From positions 96,879-160,878 of the forward strand of contig JAYRJU010000009.1 in the NCBI GenBank assembly GCA_041906145.1: a stretch of DNA of 64,000 nucleotides. Direction: 5' to 3'. A program made the translations under genes and the position numbers. Shown piece after piece: positions 19,611 to 30,410 of the stretch. Position 1 is the first letter of the stretch. Each line of letters starts with the position of its first letter. This DNA is from Rhodospirillaceae bacterium (lineage in GTDB: Bacteria > Pseudomonadota > Alphaproteobacteria > Rhodospirillales > Rhodospirillaceae). The notes beneath the pieces were generated by a model. It saw nothing but the letters and a program-made list of their open reading frames with translations, did not search any database and was not told where the DNA came from.

Positions 19611-20474
19611 ATGAGGTTGAGCGTGAAGCTGGTGCGAATTTTGTGCGCGGGCGCTTTTATCGGTCTCGCGCTGACGGTGGCGCCGCAGTCGGGACGCCCC
19701 GCGGCGGCCGCGGCGCCCACGCCGGCGATCGCTAAACCGCATCAGGCGCTGGTCTCACACAAAGCGATCTACGAACTCACGCTGCTGAGAACGAAGCCCG
19801 GCGACGGCGTGCGCGCGGCGCGCGGCAGCATGATCTATACGCTTGCTGATCGTTGCGACGGCTACACCATCGAAAGCAACATCGCGATGGAGTTGTCGTT
19901 CGCCGACGGCAATACGCAGAAGGTCGATCAGCGTTACGCCTCATGGGAAGCCAAGAACGGCCGTTTCTCGAGCTTCACGATGCAGACGCTCGAGAACGGC
20001 AAGGCGGCAAAGACTTACCGCGGCACCATCACGCTGAAAGAAGACGGTTCAGGCACGGCGACATACGACGCCGACAAGCCCACGAGCTTCGAGCTCGCGC
20101 CCGGCACGCTGTTGTCCACCGCGCATACCGTGGCGCTGCTTGAGAGCGCCGCCGCCGGGAAGAAATTCTTTAGCAGTGCCGTGATCGACGGCTCGTTCGA
20201 CCAGGGACCGTTCGTGGTGACCGCGGCGATCGCCGGATCACGCAAAGGCGGCGCCGTCCTTCAAAAAGAAGATCCGGCCGCCGTGAGCGGCGGAAATTAT
20301 TTCCCGATGAGCCTTGCCTATTTCCCCGCCGCTTCGACCGCCGCCACACCCGAGTACGAACTCGGCATGCAAATCCTGCCGTCCGGCATCAGCCGTTCCA
20401 TGACGCAGGACTTTGGCGCGTTCACGATCGGATTCAAGTTGATCGATCTCGAGGCGGTTAAGCCGGAGTGCTGA
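19611..20474 (+). CDS. EipB-like cell-envelope integrity protein (DUF1849)
   Basis: Signal peptide, then HKAIYELTLLRTKPGDGV..GSMIYTLADRCDGYTIES, typical of DUF1849. The Cys in DRCDGY and the C-terminal PEC match my recollection of the conserved EipB disulfide. Confidence 0.7.
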   Translation: MRLSVKLVRILCAGAFIGLALTVAPQSGRPAAAAAPTPAIAKPHQALVSHKAIYELTLLRTKPGDGVRAARGSMIYTLADRCDGYTIESNIAMELSFADGNTQKVDQRYASWEAKNGRFSSFTMQTLENGKAAKTYRGTITLKEDGSGTATYDADKPTSFELAPGTLLSTAHTVALLESAAAGKKFFSSAVIDGSFDQGPFVVTAAIAGSRKGGAVLQKEDPAAVSGGNYFPMSLAYFPAASTAATPEYELGMQILPSGISRSMTQDFGAFTIGFKLIDLEAVKPEC

Positions 20475-21354
20475 GTTCGTTCCACAACCACGCGGCGCCG
20501 CGCACGCCGGAGGAATCGCCGTAGCGCGGTGGGACGAGCTTTGTCGTCACGGCATCGGAGAATATGCCCGCCGACCATAGGCGTGGGACATCTTCATAAA
20601 GCCGGCTGACGCGTGAGAGGCCGCCGCCCAATACGATCACGTGCGGATCGACGATGTTGACGATATGGGCAAGGCCGCGTGCGAGGCGCTCTACGTAGCG
20701 GTCCATGGCGGCGCGGGCCTGCGCGTCATCCGAAGCGGAGATCTGTTCGGCGCTCCAGCCTTGACCGTGATCGCGCGCGAGGCCGGGGCCGGAGAGGAAA
20801 GTCTCGATGCAGCCATGGCGGCCGCAATAGCACCTCGGTCCGGGACGTTCGCCGTCCTTCGGCCAGGGCAACGGATTATGGCCCCATTCGCCGGTGATGG
20901 CATTGGGTCCGCTGATTGGCCGTCTCTCAATGACGAGGCCGCCGCCGACGCCGGTGCCGAGGATCACGCCGAAGACGATGGATGCGCCCGCCGCCGCGCC
21001 GTCGACGGCTTCCGAGAGCGCAAAGCAATCGGCGTCGTTTGCCAAGCGCACCGGACGTCCCACGGCCGCCGCGATGTCTTTATCGAGCGCATGACCTATG
21101 AGGCAGGTAGAGTTGGCGTTCTTGATCAGACCCGTGGCCGGGGAGATGGCGCCGGGAATACCGACGCCGATGCTGCCCTTTTCCCCGAGGGATGCATCCA
21201 CTGTGCGCACGAGATCGGCGATGGCGCGCACTGTCGCCTCATAGTTGCCAGCGGGCGTGGCCACCCTTTGACGGAACCGCTCGCGGCCGTCGGCCGCCAG
21301 CGCGATGGCTTCGATTTTGGTTCCGCCGAGGTCTATACCGATTCGAATGGTCAT
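20458..21354 (-). CDS. ROK-family sugar kinase (N-acetylglucosamine/fructokinase-like)
   Basis: IGIDLGGTKIE, the ROK signature region and the zinc motif CYCGRHGCIETFLSG. Confidence 0.88.
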   Translation of the reverse strand: MTIRIGIDLGGTKIEAIALAADGRERFRQRVATPAGNYEATVRAIADLVRTVDASLGEKGSIGVGIPGAISPATGLIKNANSTCLIGHALDKDIAAAVGRPVRLANDADCFALSEAVDGAAAGASIVFGVILGTGVGGGLVIERRPISGPNAITGEWGHNPLPWPKDGERPGPRCYCGRHGCIETFLSGPGLARDHGQGWSAEQISASDDAQARAAMDRYVERLARGLAHIVNIVDPHVIVLGGGLSRVSRLYEDVPRLWSAGIFSDAVTTKLVPPRYGDSSGVRGAAWLWNELSTPA

Positions 21355-21398
21355 GGCCCGGTAGTCTGCCCGACAGACGGCGTGATAAGAAAGAGCTC

Positions 21399-22328
21399 AT
21401 GACGACACTGTTCATCACACATGGCGACTGTCTCGCGCATGACACGGGCGCCTATCACCCGGAGCGACCGGACCGGCTGCGTTCGGTGCTGAAGGCGATG
21501 GAGCAGGAGGCCTTCCGGGGACTGATCCGGGAAGAAGCGCCGCGCGCGACCCTCGAGGCCATGGCGCGTGCGCATCCGGGCGATTTCGTCACACAAATCC
21601 TTGATGCGATCCCTGATCACGCCTTGCGTCAGATCGACGCGGACACCGTGATCTCGCCGGGGTCTGGCGAGGCGATGCAGCGCGCCGCCGGCGCCGTTGT
21701 GCGTGCGGTGGATGCGGTGGCGAAGGGTGAGGCGGATAATGCGTTCTGCGCGGTGCGCCCGCCGGGGCATCACGCGGAATCCACCCGGGCGATGGGATTT
21801 TGCTTGGTGAACAACGCGGTCGTCGGCGCCATGCATGCGCGCGCCGCGCATGGCCACCAGCGCGTGGCGGTGGTGGATTTCGATGTGCATCACGGCAACG
21901 GCACACAGGAGATGTTCTGGGAGGATGCCGATGCGTTCTATGCCTCCACTCACCAGTATCCCTTTTATCCGGGGACCGGCGGTGTGCGGGAGCGGGGCGC
22001 ACACGGGAATATCGTAAATGTACCGCTTGCGGCCGGGTCTGGTTCGGACATTTTCCGCAGCCGGTTCTCGGATGAAATCCTGCCGGCGCTGGAGGCCTTC
22101 AAGCCCGGTCTCGTCCTCATTTCCGCCGGCTTTGACGCCCATAAGGACGATCCCCTGGCCGAACTGCGGCTGACGGAGGCCGATTTCGCCTGGGCGACGG
22201 CCAAGCTTATGGATGTGGCCCGGAAAGTCTGCGGCGGACGGGTAGTATCGGTGCTCGAAGGGGGTTACAACCTGGACGCATTGGCGGACTGTGCGACGGC
22301 GCATGTCCAAACTCTGAAGGATCACTAG
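21399..22328 (+). CDS. histone deacetylase-family amidohydrolase (acetoin utilisation / acetylpolyamine type)
   Basis: PPGHHAES..AMGFCLVNN and DFDVHHGNGTQ motifs. I chose the start at ATG 21399 (MTTLFITHGD). The longer track ORF overlaps the ROK gene. Confidence 0.88.
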   Translation: MTTLFITHGDCLAHDTGAYHPERPDRLRSVLKAMEQEAFRGLIREEAPRATLEAMARAHPGDFVTQILDAIPDHALRQIDADTVISPGSGEAMQRAAGAVVRAVDAVAKGEADNAFCAVRPPGHHAESTRAMGFCLVNNAVVGAMHARAAHGHQRVAVVDFDVHHGNGTQEMFWEDADAFYASTHQYPFYPGTGGVRERGAHGNIVNVPLAAGSGSDIFRSRFSDEILPALEAFKPGLVLISAGFDAHKDDPLAELRLTEADFAWATAKLMDVARKVCGGRVVSVLEGGYNLDALADCATAHVQTLKDH

Positions 22329-22574
22329 ATGGCGAAGGGTACCGTCCCGGCCGACATCGCGGCCATGGGCTTCGAAGAGGCCATGAAGGAACTGGAACGC
22401 ATCGTGCGGGAGCTGGAAAGCGGACAGGTAAAGCTGGACGATGCGGTGAAGGCCTATGAGCGCGGTACCGCGCTGAAGACCCATTGCGAGAGCAAGCTGG
22501 CGGAAGCGCGCACAAAGGTCGAGAAGATCACAGGCATCGGCAAGACTCTCGGTCTGGAGCCGGCGAGTGACTAG
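22329..22574 (+). CDS. xseB: exodeoxyribonuclease VII small subunit
   Basis: 81 aa, FEEAMKELERIVRELESGQVKLDDAVKAYERG. It starts on the nucleotide after the upstream stop. Confidence 0.93.
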   Translation: MAKGTVPADIAAMGFEEAMKELERIVRELESGQVKLDDAVKAYERGTALKTHCESKLAEARTKVEKITGIGKTLGLEPASD

Positions 22575-23487
22575 CGCGGCGGCGACTATGATGAACATGT
22601 CCGCGGATTTCAAAGCAGTTCTTTCGGAAGTTGGCTCGGCGATGAATGCCGAGCTTGATCGCTTGTTGCCGGCGGTGCCTGGTCCCGAAAATCGGGTCGT
22701 GGACGCGATGCGCTACGCCGCGCTGGATGGCGGCAAAAGACTGCGCCCCTTCCTGGTATGCGTCAGCGCCGATCTGTTCAACGTTCCGCGTGCCCGGGCT
22801 TTGCGCGCGGCGGCCGCCATCGAAATGGTGCACTGCTATTCGCTGGTGCATGACGATCTGCCCGCCATGGACGATGACGATCTGCGCCGCGGGCGACCGA
22901 CGGTGCATAAGAAATTCGATGAAGCGACTGCGATCCTTGCGGGCGATGCGCTGCTCACCGAAGCCTTCACTGTGCTCGCCGACGAAGCGACGCATCCCGA
23001 TGGTGCGGTGCGCGCGAACCTTGTCGCGGACCTCGCGCAGGCGTCGGGCGCCAAGGGCATGGTTGGCGGTCAGATGATAGATCTGATGGCCATTGGACTT
23101 AACCTGGATCAAGCCGGGCTGACGCGTCTCCAGAACATGAAAACGGGTTGCCTCATCGCGGGCGCCTGCCGCTTGGGGGCAATCCTGGGCGGCGCGGGGG
23201 CCATGGACCGCGATGCCTTGGGCGCCTATGGGATCACCATGGGGCTCGCATTCCAGATCGCCGACGACGTGCTGGACGTGGAATCCTCGGCGGATGTCAC
23301 GGGGAAGGCGACAGGCAAGGACGCGGCCGCCGGAAAGGCGACTTTTGTATCCCGCCTGGGGCTTGAAGGTGCTAAGACTTATGCCCGTGAATTGGCCGAA
23401 ACGGCGGCGCGGCACCTCGAGCCTTTTGGCGAGCGTGCGGGCGTGCTTCGGCAGGCGGCGTTCTTCGCCGTGGAGCGGCGTTCTTAG
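22567..23487 (+). CDS. ispA: farnesyl diphosphate synthase (polyprenyl synthetase)
   Basis: LVHDDLPAMDDDDLRRG and FQIADDVLD aspartate-rich motifs. The GTG start with GGAG upstream overlaps xseB by 8 nt. ATG alternatives lie at 22588/22597. Confidence 0.9.
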   Translation: MTSAAATMMNMSADFKAVLSEVGSAMNAELDRLLPAVPGPENRVVDAMRYAALDGGKRLRPFLVCVSADLFNVPRARALRAAAAIEMVHCYSLVHDDLPAMDDDDLRRGRPTVHKKFDEATAILAGDALLTEAFTVLADEATHPDGAVRANLVADLAQASGAKGMVGGQMIDLMAIGLNLDQAGLTRLQNMKTGCLIAGACRLGAILGGAGAMDRDALGAYGITMGLAFQIADDVLDVESSADVTGKATGKDAAAGKATFVSRLGLEGAKTYARELAETAARHLEPFGERAGVLRQAAFFAVERRS

Positions 23488-23526
23488 GTTTTGCCGCGAA
23501 GCGGCCAGTATTTCGTGAGTTCTTAA

Positions 23527-25455
23527 ATGTCGTCTTCCGGCGCCCCCCAGACACCGCTTCTCGACCGTGTCGCTTCGTCCCGCGACCTTCGCAACCTTTC
23601 GATTGAGCAGCTGACGCAGCTCTCGGACGAACTGCGCGCGGAAACCATCCATCAGGTCTCGCGGACCGGCGGTCACCTCGGCGCAGGGCTCGGCGTCGTG
23701 GAACTCACGGTCGCCATCCATCACGTGTTCGAGACCCCGACGGACCGGTTGATCTGGGACGTCGGTCATCAGTGCTATCCGCACAAGATCCTGACGGGCC
23801 GCCGCGACCGGATGTCCACCATCCGTCAAAAAGACGGTCTGTCGGGTTTCACCCTGCGCACGGAAAGCGAATACGACCCTTTTGGCGCGGGCCACAGCTC
23901 GACGTCGATCTCGGCCGGCCTCGGCATGGCCGTGGCGCGCGACCTCGCGGGCCGGGACAATCACGTCATTGCGGTCATCGGCGACGGCGCCATGAGCGCG
24001 GGCATGGCTTACGAAGCCATGAACAACGCGGGCAGCCTCAAGAGCCGGCTGATCGTGATCCTCAACGACAACGATATGTCCATCGCGCCGCCGGTCGGCG
24101 CCATGAGCGCCTATCTCTCGCGCCTGTTCTCGTCGAACTCTTATCTCAATATTCGCGAGGCCCTGAAGCAGATCGCGACGCGCTTCCCCAAGCCCATTGA
24201 GAACGCGGCGCGTCGCGTCGAGGAATACGGCCGCGGCATGGTGACCGGTGGGACGTTGTTCGAGGAGCTCGGCTTCTATTACGTGGGCCCTATCGATGGC
24301 CACAAGGTCGACCAACTGGTGCCCGTGCTGCGCAACGTGCGCGACAGCGAAGCGACGGGGCCGTTCCTGATCCATGCCGTGACCAAGAAGGGCAAAGGCT
24401 ATCCCCCGGCGGAAGCCTCGGCCGACAAGTATCACGGCGTGACGAAATTCGATGTCGTGTCCGGCACGCAGTCCAAAGCCGCCGCCAAGGCGCCGCAGTA
24501 TCAGAACGTGTTCGCCAAAGCGCTGATCGCCGAGGCCGCGGTGGACGATAAGATCATCGCCATCAACGCCGCGATGCCGAGCGGCACGGGCCTTGACAAG
24601 TTCGCCGATAAATTCCCGAACCGCTGCTTCGATGTCGGCATCGCCGAACAGCATGCGGTGACTTTCGCCGCCGGTCTGGCGACCGAAGGCTATAAACCTT
24701 TCTGCGCCATCTATTCGACCTTCCTGCAGCGCGCCTACGATCAAGTGGTGCATGACGTGGCCGTGCAGAACCTGCCGGTCCGTTTCGCCATGGACCGCGC
24801 CGGTTTCGTCGGCGCCGACGGCGCGACGCACCAAGGCACATTCGACCTCGCGTATCTGTCGTGCCTGCCGAACATGGTGATCATGGCGGCGGCCGACGAG
24901 GCGGAATTGATGCACATGGTGGCCACGGCGGCCGCGCATAACACGGGCCCCATTGCCGTGCGCTATCCGCGCGGTGAGGGCACGGGCGTGGAACTGCCGG
25001 AACGCGGTACGCCCATCGAGATCGGCCAAGGCCGTGTCATCCGCGAAGGTTCCAAGGTCGCGCTGCTCAGCCTCGGCACGCGCCTCGCCGAGTGCCTCAA
25101 GGCGGCTGATGATCTCGCCGCGCGCGGCCTGTCGACCACGGTTGTGGATGCACGGTTCGCCAAACCGCTCGACGCGGCGCTGATCGAGCGTCTCGCACGC
25201 ACGCACGAAGTGCTGGTGACGGTGGAAGAGGGCTCTTCGGGCGGTTTCGGCGCGAGTGTGCTCCAGCACCTGGCGGCGCGCGGCCTGCTCGATCACGGCC
25301 TCAAAATCCGCACCCTGTGCATCCCAGATGAATTCTTCGAGCACGCCAAGCCTGAAGATCAATTGCTAGCGGCGGGCTTGATGGCGCCGTCCATCTCGCA
25401 GACAGCTTTGTCGGCGCTCGGCGTCGTTGCGGGCGACAAGCCAGCTCGTGCCTGA
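23527..25455 (+). CDS. dxs: 1-deoxy-D-xylulose-5-phosphate synthase
   Basis: [29 protein letters not shown] (TPP motif) and the classic xseB-ispA-dxs synteny. Confidence 0.98.
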   Translation: MSSSGAPQTPLLDRVASSRDLRNLSIEQLTQLSDELRAETIHQVSRTGGHLGAGLGVVELTVAIHHVFETPTDRLIWDVGHQCYPHKILTGRRDRMSTIRQKDGLSGFTLRTESEYDPFGAGHSSTSISAGLGMAVARDLAGRDNHVIAVIGDGAMSAGMAYEAMNNAGSLKSRLIVILNDNDMSIAPPVGAMSAYLSRLFSSNSYLNIREALKQIATRFPKPIENAARRVEEYGRGMVTGGTLFEELGFYYVGPIDGHKVDQLVPVLRNVRDSEATGPFLIHAVTKKGKGYPPAEASADKYHGVTKFDVVSGTQSKAAAKAPQYQNVFAKALIAEAAVDDKIIAINAAMPSGTGLDKFADKFPNRCFDVGIAEQHAVTFAAGLATEGYKPFCAIYSTFLQRAYDQVVHDVAVQNLPVRFAMDRAGFVGADGATHQGTFDLAYLSCLPNMVIMAAADEAELMHMVATAAAHNTGPIAVRYPRGEGTGVELPERGTPIEIGQGRVIREGSKVALLSLGTRLAECLKAADDLAARGLSTTVVDARFAKPLDAALIERLARTHEVLVTVEEGSSGGFGASVLQHLAARGLLDHGLKIRTLCIPDEFFEHAKPEDQLLAAGLMAPSISQTALSALGVVAGDKPARA

Positions 25456-26188
25456 GAAGATTCGTCTCGATCAATTGCTCGTCGACCGCGGCCTCGTTGA
25501 GAGCCGCACCAAGGCGCAGGCCGTCATCATGGCGGGCCTGGTTTATTCCGGCGAACAGAAGCTGACGTCGGCGGGCGCGAAGTTCGACGGTGAAACGGCG
25601 ATCACGCTGCGCGGCCAGCCGCACCCCTGGGTGTCGCGCGGCGGACTCAAGCTCGAGCACGGCCTGAGACACTTCGGGTTTGATGCCAAGGACCGCATCT
25701 GCGTTGACGTGGGTTCCTCGACCGGAGGATTCACGGACGTGCTGCTGAGCAACGGCGCGGCAAAGGTCTACGCCGTAGATGTCGGCTACGGGCAACTCGC
25801 CCACAAGCTCCGCATCGATCCGCGCGTGGTGGTGATGGAACGCACCAATGCCCGTACGCTGGACGTTGCTCAAATCCCCGATCCCATCGGCGCGGTCGTA
25901 TGCGATGCGAGTTTCATCGGCTTGCGTACCGTCTTGCCGGCCGCCATGGCGCTGACCGTGTCGGGCGCCTGGATGATCGCGCTGATCAAACCGCAGTTCG
26001 AAGTGGGCAAGGACCGCGTCGGCAAGAAGGGGGTCGTGCGCGATCCCGCCCTTCACGAGGAAGTTTGCGCGACGATTTCGGGTTGGCTTACGGAACAGAC
26101 GGGTTGGAGTGTGATTGGGATTGAGAAAAGCCCAATCACCGGCCCCGAGGGAAATGTAGAATTCCTGATCGGCGCGCGGCGGGCTTAA
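25427..26188 (+). CDS. tlyA: TlyA-family rRNA (cytidine-2'-O)-methyltransferase
   Basis: S4-like N-terminus [18 protein letters not shown], then [14 protein letters not shown] (SAM motif). The start is uncertain because the ORF overlaps the dxs end by 29 nt. Confidence 0.88.
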   Translation: MRATSQLVPEKIRLDQLLVDRGLVESRTKAQAVIMAGLVYSGEQKLTSAGAKFDGETAITLRGQPHPWVSRGGLKLEHGLRHFGFDAKDRICVDVGSSTGGFTDVLLSNGAAKVYAVDVGYGQLAHKLRIDPRVVVMERTNARTLDVAQIPDPIGAVVCDASFIGLRTVLPAAMALTVSGAWMIALIKPQFEVGKDRVGKKGVVRDPALHEEVCATISGWLTEQTGWSVIGIEKSPITGPEGNVEFLIGARRA

Positions 26189-26563
26189 TTACCAAAGCAA
26201 CGTTGTCGGATTCGGGATCGCTTTGCGATCGAGAGCGTAAATCAGACCTTTGACGCAGCGGATCAACATCCAAATCCCTAACGCGAAAATAATCACCCAG
26301 CCGATGAGGATCAGCAGGAGCGCCACGCCGATGAGCCCTCCGAGCAGGGCATACCAGAAGGTCCTTGTTTGATAGCGGTAGTGACTGAGGGCGACGGGAT
26401 CCGCGCCCTCCTGTTTCACATGCGCGACAATAACACCAGCGATGGCGGTGATGCCGACGAGGTAGCTGGCGAAATAGAGAACATAGACGGCGATGGGCCA
26501 GGTCTGCGGCTCCGTGCTGATGACCGGTTGAGCCGGGACCGCTTGCGTGTCCATCGCTGTCAT
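26189..26563 (-). CDS. small three-TM membrane protein (conserved hypothetical)
   Basis: 124 aa with three hydrophobic helices and good GC3 bias. The family is not securely recognised. Confidence 0.55.
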   Translation of the reverse strand: MTAMDTQAVPAQPVISTEPQTWPIAVYVLYFASYLVGITAIAGVIVAHVKQEGADPVALSHYRYQTRTFWYALLGGLIGVALLLILIGWVIIFALGIWMLIRCVKGLIYALDRKAIPNPTTLLW

Positions 26564-26573
26564 CGTTGTTTCC

Positions 26574-28358
26574 CTATTTCACCGCAACCGGCGCCATATA
26601 AAGTTGTGTCCCTGGTCTGTTCGCCGATTCCAATTCGTTCATCACCGGGGTGATGGCATTGCCAATCTGAACCAGTGTCTGTATGGCGCTCATGATGCCG
26701 AACGGAAGGTCTGGGTTTCCGAACCCGCTAAGAAGCTCGGCGAGGCGGCCCTTCGGTTTCGGGAATGCGACGAGTTCCAGCGTGTCGGTGGGCTGTAAAC
26801 CGACTTTTGTCTTGGTGTAGTCGATGGCCTTCGACAAGCCGCCCAGCTCATCGACGAGGCCGGCGGCGAGGGCATCTTTGCCGCTCCATACACGACCGCG
26901 CGCGACCTTCTCGATCTCTTCCTGAGTCTTCCCGCGCCCTTGCGCCGCCTTGCCTGTGAAGTCGGCATAGGTGGCATCCAGCATCTGATTTAGGCGCACG
27001 AGCTGCTGTGGGGTGAAGTCGGTCGTCGAACTGAAGATGCCGGCCGATTCACCGAATGTAATACGCTCGAAATTGACGTCGAGCTTCTCCATGGCGCCGC
27101 CGACAACCACTTTCCCCATAACGACGCCGATGGAACCGGTGATGGTGGCAGGCTGAGCAAAGATGCGATCGGCGGGCATGGAGATGAAGTACCCGCCGGA
27201 CGCTGCGAGATTACCCATGCTGACGATGACCGGCTTTTTCTTGTCCTTCGCCTTCACGACTTCGCGCCAGATGGTGTCCGAAGCGACATAGGAACCGCCA
27301 GGGCTGTCGACGCGGATCAATACGGCTGCGATATCCTTGTCCGCCAGCGCGTCGCGCACAGCCTTCGCCATCACCCCGGAGCGGACGCCGGTCGCGTTGC
27401 TGAACAGGTTCGGTTCCTCTTCCTCGTCGCCGCGCACGATTTCGCCCACGGCGTTGATGATGGCGATCTTCTTGGAGGCGCCTTTGCCCGAATAGCCAAG
27501 ATCGAGATACTCGCTGATATTGAGGTCGCTGGCGCCGGCGGATTTTTCCTTCACGGCGGCATCGAATTCATCGCGATAGCCGAGCGCGTCGACGAGGCCG
27601 CTCTCGCGGGCTTCGCTGGCCAGGAGGGGGCCGCGATCAACCAGCGTTCTCACCGCCTCAGGGGCAATCTTACGGCTTTCCGCGATGCCCGTCACCATTT
27701 GGTCGAACCAAGAGCCGAGCAGAGCCGTCAGCGCCTCGCGGTTGGCGGCGGACATGCTGGAATTGGTCAAGGGCTCGCCCGCGCTCTTGTATTCTTTGCG
27801 CTGGAGGAACGAGGCCTTGATGCCAAAGCGATCCAAGAGGTCCTTGAAGAAGTACTGCTCGGTGCCGATACCCGCGACGCCCACAGTGCCGGACGGTTGT
27901 ACCCAGATGTTGTTGAACGCTGAGGCGAGGTAATAGGACGGCATAGCGCCGACCGTCTCACCCATCGTTTCGGAGAAGAGGTAAGTCGGCTTCCCGGAGG
28001 TTTCGAACTCCGCGATCATGTCGCGCACTTCCTGCACCTGCGCGAGGCCCAGCGGCGAGACGCTCAATGTGGCGCGCAACGCGACCACGCGCGGATCATC
28101 CTTGGCCCGGCGCAGCGCGATCACGGCATCCTGCATGCGGGGCTTTGATCTACCCAGTCCGGCGAAACCATTGTGGGCGCGGCCTTCGGATATTTCTTTA
28201 TCGAGATCGAGGGTGAGGACGATCTTATCCGGCGCACGGGCCTTGTGGTCGTCGCCTTTGAAGCTGGAGACCGCGTAGACAAGGCCGACGAAGACCACGA
28301 TGACGAGAACGCCCAGGCTCGCCAGAAGGCCGAGGAGAAACTTTCCGAATGTACGCAT
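26574..28358 (-). CDS. sppA: signal peptide peptidase SppA, 67K type
   Basis: N-terminal TM helix and two ClpP/crotonase-like halves, with AASGGYF (serine nucleophile region) in the second half; 594 aa. Confidence 0.9.
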   Translation of the reverse strand: MRTFGKFLLGLLASLGVLVIVVFVGLVYAVSSFKGDDHKARAPDKIVLTLDLDKEISEGRAHNGFAGLGRSKPRMQDAVIALRRAKDDPRVVALRATLSVSPLGLAQVQEVRDMIAEFETSGKPTYLFSETMGETVGAMPSYYLASAFNNIWVQPSGTVGVAGIGTEQYFFKDLLDRFGIKASFLQRKEYKSAGEPLTNSSMSAANREALTALLGSWFDQMVTGIAESRKIAPEAVRTLVDRGPLLASEARESGLVDALGYRDEFDAAVKEKSAGASDLNISEYLDLGYSGKGASKKIAIINAVGEIVRGDEEEEPNLFSNATGVRSGVMAKAVRDALADKDIAAVLIRVDSPGGSYVASDTIWREVVKAKDKKKPVIVSMGNLAASGGYFISMPADRIFAQPATITGSIGVVMGKVVVGGAMEKLDVNFERITFGESAGIFSSTTDFTPQQLVRLNQMLDATYADFTGKAAQGRGKTQEEIEKVARGRVWSGKDALAAGLVDELGGLSKAIDYTKTKVGLQPTDTLELVAFPKPKGRLAELLSGFGNPDLPFGIMSAIQTLVQIGNAITPVMNELESANRPGTQLYMAPVAVK

Positions 28359-28407
28359 CGTGGCTCCTAGTTAAAACAGCGCCCCCGAACGTCCCCCCGG
28401 ACGTGTG

Positions 28408-29493
28408 TTAGGTATTTTGCGCCTGATGGCGCAAGAGATGATCGGCTAGAACGGCCGCGACCATGGCTTCTGCAACAGGTACGCCGCGAATGCCGACGCA
28501 GGGATCATGACGCCCCTTGGTCATGATCTCGGTGTCATTGCCGTGAATATCTATGGTTTTGCGCGGCGCGAGGATCGAACTGGTGGGCTTGATGGCGACG
28601 CGCGCGACGATGGGCTGGCCCGTCGAGATACCGCCCAGGATGCCGCCGGCTTTGTTCGAAAGAAATTCGACAGCACCGTCCGTGCCGGCGCGCATTTCGT
28701 CGGCGTTCTCTTCGCCCGAAAGCGCGGCGGATTCAAAGCCGGCGCCGATTTCGACTCCCTTCGCCGCGTTGATTCCCATGAGTGCGCCGGCGATGTCGGC
28801 GTCGAGCTTCGCGTAGATGGGCGCTCCTAGACCGACGGGAATGCCCTCGGCGACCACTTCGATCACGGCGCCGCAGGACGATCCCTGTTTGCGAACGCCT
28901 TCAAGATAGCTGGCCCAGCCTTCGGCCGCCTTTGCGTCCGGCGTGAAAAACGGATTGCGTTCGACTTCGGCCCAATCCCAGTTCGCGCGGTCGACGCGAT
29001 GCGGCCCCATTTGGATGAGAGCGCCGCGAATGGACACACCGTTCCCCAAGCGCGCGGCGAGGATCTTGCGTGCAATGGCACCAGCGGCGACACGCATCGC
29101 GGTCTCGCGCGCGGAAGAGCGCCCGCCGCCCCGATAATCGCGGATGCCGTATTTCTTCCAGTAGGTGTAGTCGGCGTGGCCCGGACGGAACTTCTCGGCG
29201 ATGTCGCCGTAATCCTTGGAGCGCGCGTCGACATTTTCGACGAGAAGGCCGATGGGCGCGCCAGTGGTGACACCTTCGAATACGCCGGAGAGGATTTTGA
29301 CCGCATCGGGTTCCTGGCGCTGCGTCGTATATTTGGATTGGCCGGGCCGGCGTTTGTCGAGCCAAACCTGGATATCGGCCTCGGTCAGCGCAATGCGCGG
29401 CGGCACGCCATCGACGACACAGCCGATGGCGGGCCCATGGCTCTCGCCGAAGGTCGTGAAGCGAAAGAGCGTGCCGAAAGTATTCGCGGACAT
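28408..29493 (-). CDS. aroC: chorismate synthase
   Basis: [20 protein letters not shown] and [10 protein letters not shown] motifs. Confidence 0.98.
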   Translation of the reverse strand: MSANTFGTLFRFTTFGESHGPAIGCVVDGVPPRIALTEADIQVWLDKRRPGQSKYTTQRQEPDAVKILSGVFEGVTTGAPIGLLVENVDARSKDYGDIAEKFRPGHADYTYWKKYGIRDYRGGGRSSARETAMRVAAGAIARKILAARLGNGVSIRGALIQMGPHRVDRANWDWAEVERNPFFTPDAKAAEGWASYLEGVRKQGSSCGAVIEVVAEGIPVGLGAPIYAKLDADIAGALMGINAAKGVEIGAGFESAALSGEENADEMRAGTDGAVEFLSNKAGGILGGISTGQPIVARVAIKPTSSILAPRKTIDIHGNDTEIMTKGRHDPCVGIRGVPVAEAMVAAVLADHLLRHQAQNT

Positions 29494-29499
29494 AATTCA

Positions 29500-30336
29500 C
29501 TACTTGGCGAGGTTCGCGCCGTTAAGCAGATCCGCAATGCCTTGTGAGGATTCAGGCGCGAGCATGCCGACGACATGATAGCCGCAGTCCACATGGTGAA
29601 CTTCGCCGGTCACACCGCTCGAGAGATCGCTGATGAAATAAAGGCCCGACTTGCCCACGTCCTCGATGGTGACGTTGCGGTCCATCGGAGCGTTGAGCTC
29701 GTTCCACTTCAGGATGTAGCGGAAATCGCCAATGCCCGACGCCGCGAGGGTCTTGATGGGACCTGCGGAGATGGCGTTCACACGGATGTTCTTGGAGCCG
29801 AGATCGGCGGCGAGATAGCGCGTGCTGGCTTCGAGCGCGGCTTTGGCGACACCCATCACATTGTAGTGCGGCATCACGCGTTCCGCGCCGTAGTACGACA
29901 AGGTCACGAGACTGCCGCCGTCTTTCATCAACGGTTCGGCGCGGCGGCAGACGTCGGTGAAAGAGAAGCAAGAGATATCCATCGTGCGCAGGAAGTTCGC
30001 GCGGCTGGTCTCGACGTAGCGGCCTTTCAACTCATCCTTGTCGGAAAACGCGATCGCGTGGACCACGAAGTCGAGCCGCCCCCATGTCTTCTCAATGGCT
30101 TCGAACACCGAAGCGACCGAGGCCTCATCCGTGACGTCGCACGACAGGATGAGGGGGCTCTTCACGCCTTCGGCGAGAGGGCGTACGCGCCTTTCCAGCG
30201 CCTCACCCTGATAGGTGAACGCCAAGGTGGCGCCATGCATAGCCGCTTGCTGGGCAATCCCCCAGGCAATCGACCGATCGTTGGCCACACCCATGATGAG
30301 GCCAAATTTTCCTTCAAGCAAACCGCCGCCACTCAT
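29500..30336 (-). CDS. fabI: enoyl-[acyl-carrier-protein] reductase (NADH)
   Basis: GLIMGVANDRSIAWGIA, the YNVMGVAKAALEAS catalytic Y/K region and SAGPIKTLA. Confidence 0.96.
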   Translation of the reverse strand: MSGGGLLEGKFGLIMGVANDRSIAWGIAQQAAMHGATLAFTYQGEALERRVRPLAEGVKSPLILSCDVTDEASVASVFEAIEKTWGRLDFVVHAIAFSDKDELKGRYVETSRANFLRTMDISCFSFTDVCRRAEPLMKDGGSLVTLSYYGAERVMPHYNVMGVAKAALEASTRYLAADLGSKNIRVNAISAGPIKTLAASGIGDFRYILKWNELNAPMDRNVTIEDVGKSGLYFISDLSSGVTGEVHHVDCGYHVVGMLAPESSQGIADLLNGANLAK

Positions 30337-30410
30337 GCGTATTTTTCCGAAAACCTTTCGGGAACCAATAACTTAGTGCATCCTACACTAAAGGCGTTAC
30401 AGGGCAAGGC

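Noticed and set aside
22528-25362. A 944-aa minus-strand ORF spanning ispA, the spacer and most of dxs.
   Set aside because: It lies antisense to two genes with unmistakable motifs (DDxxD pairs; the TPP-binding GDG...N). Its translation is an Arg/Ala/Gly/His-rich low-complexity string with no recognisable domain. Long stop-free antisense frames are expected in GC-rich coding DNA.
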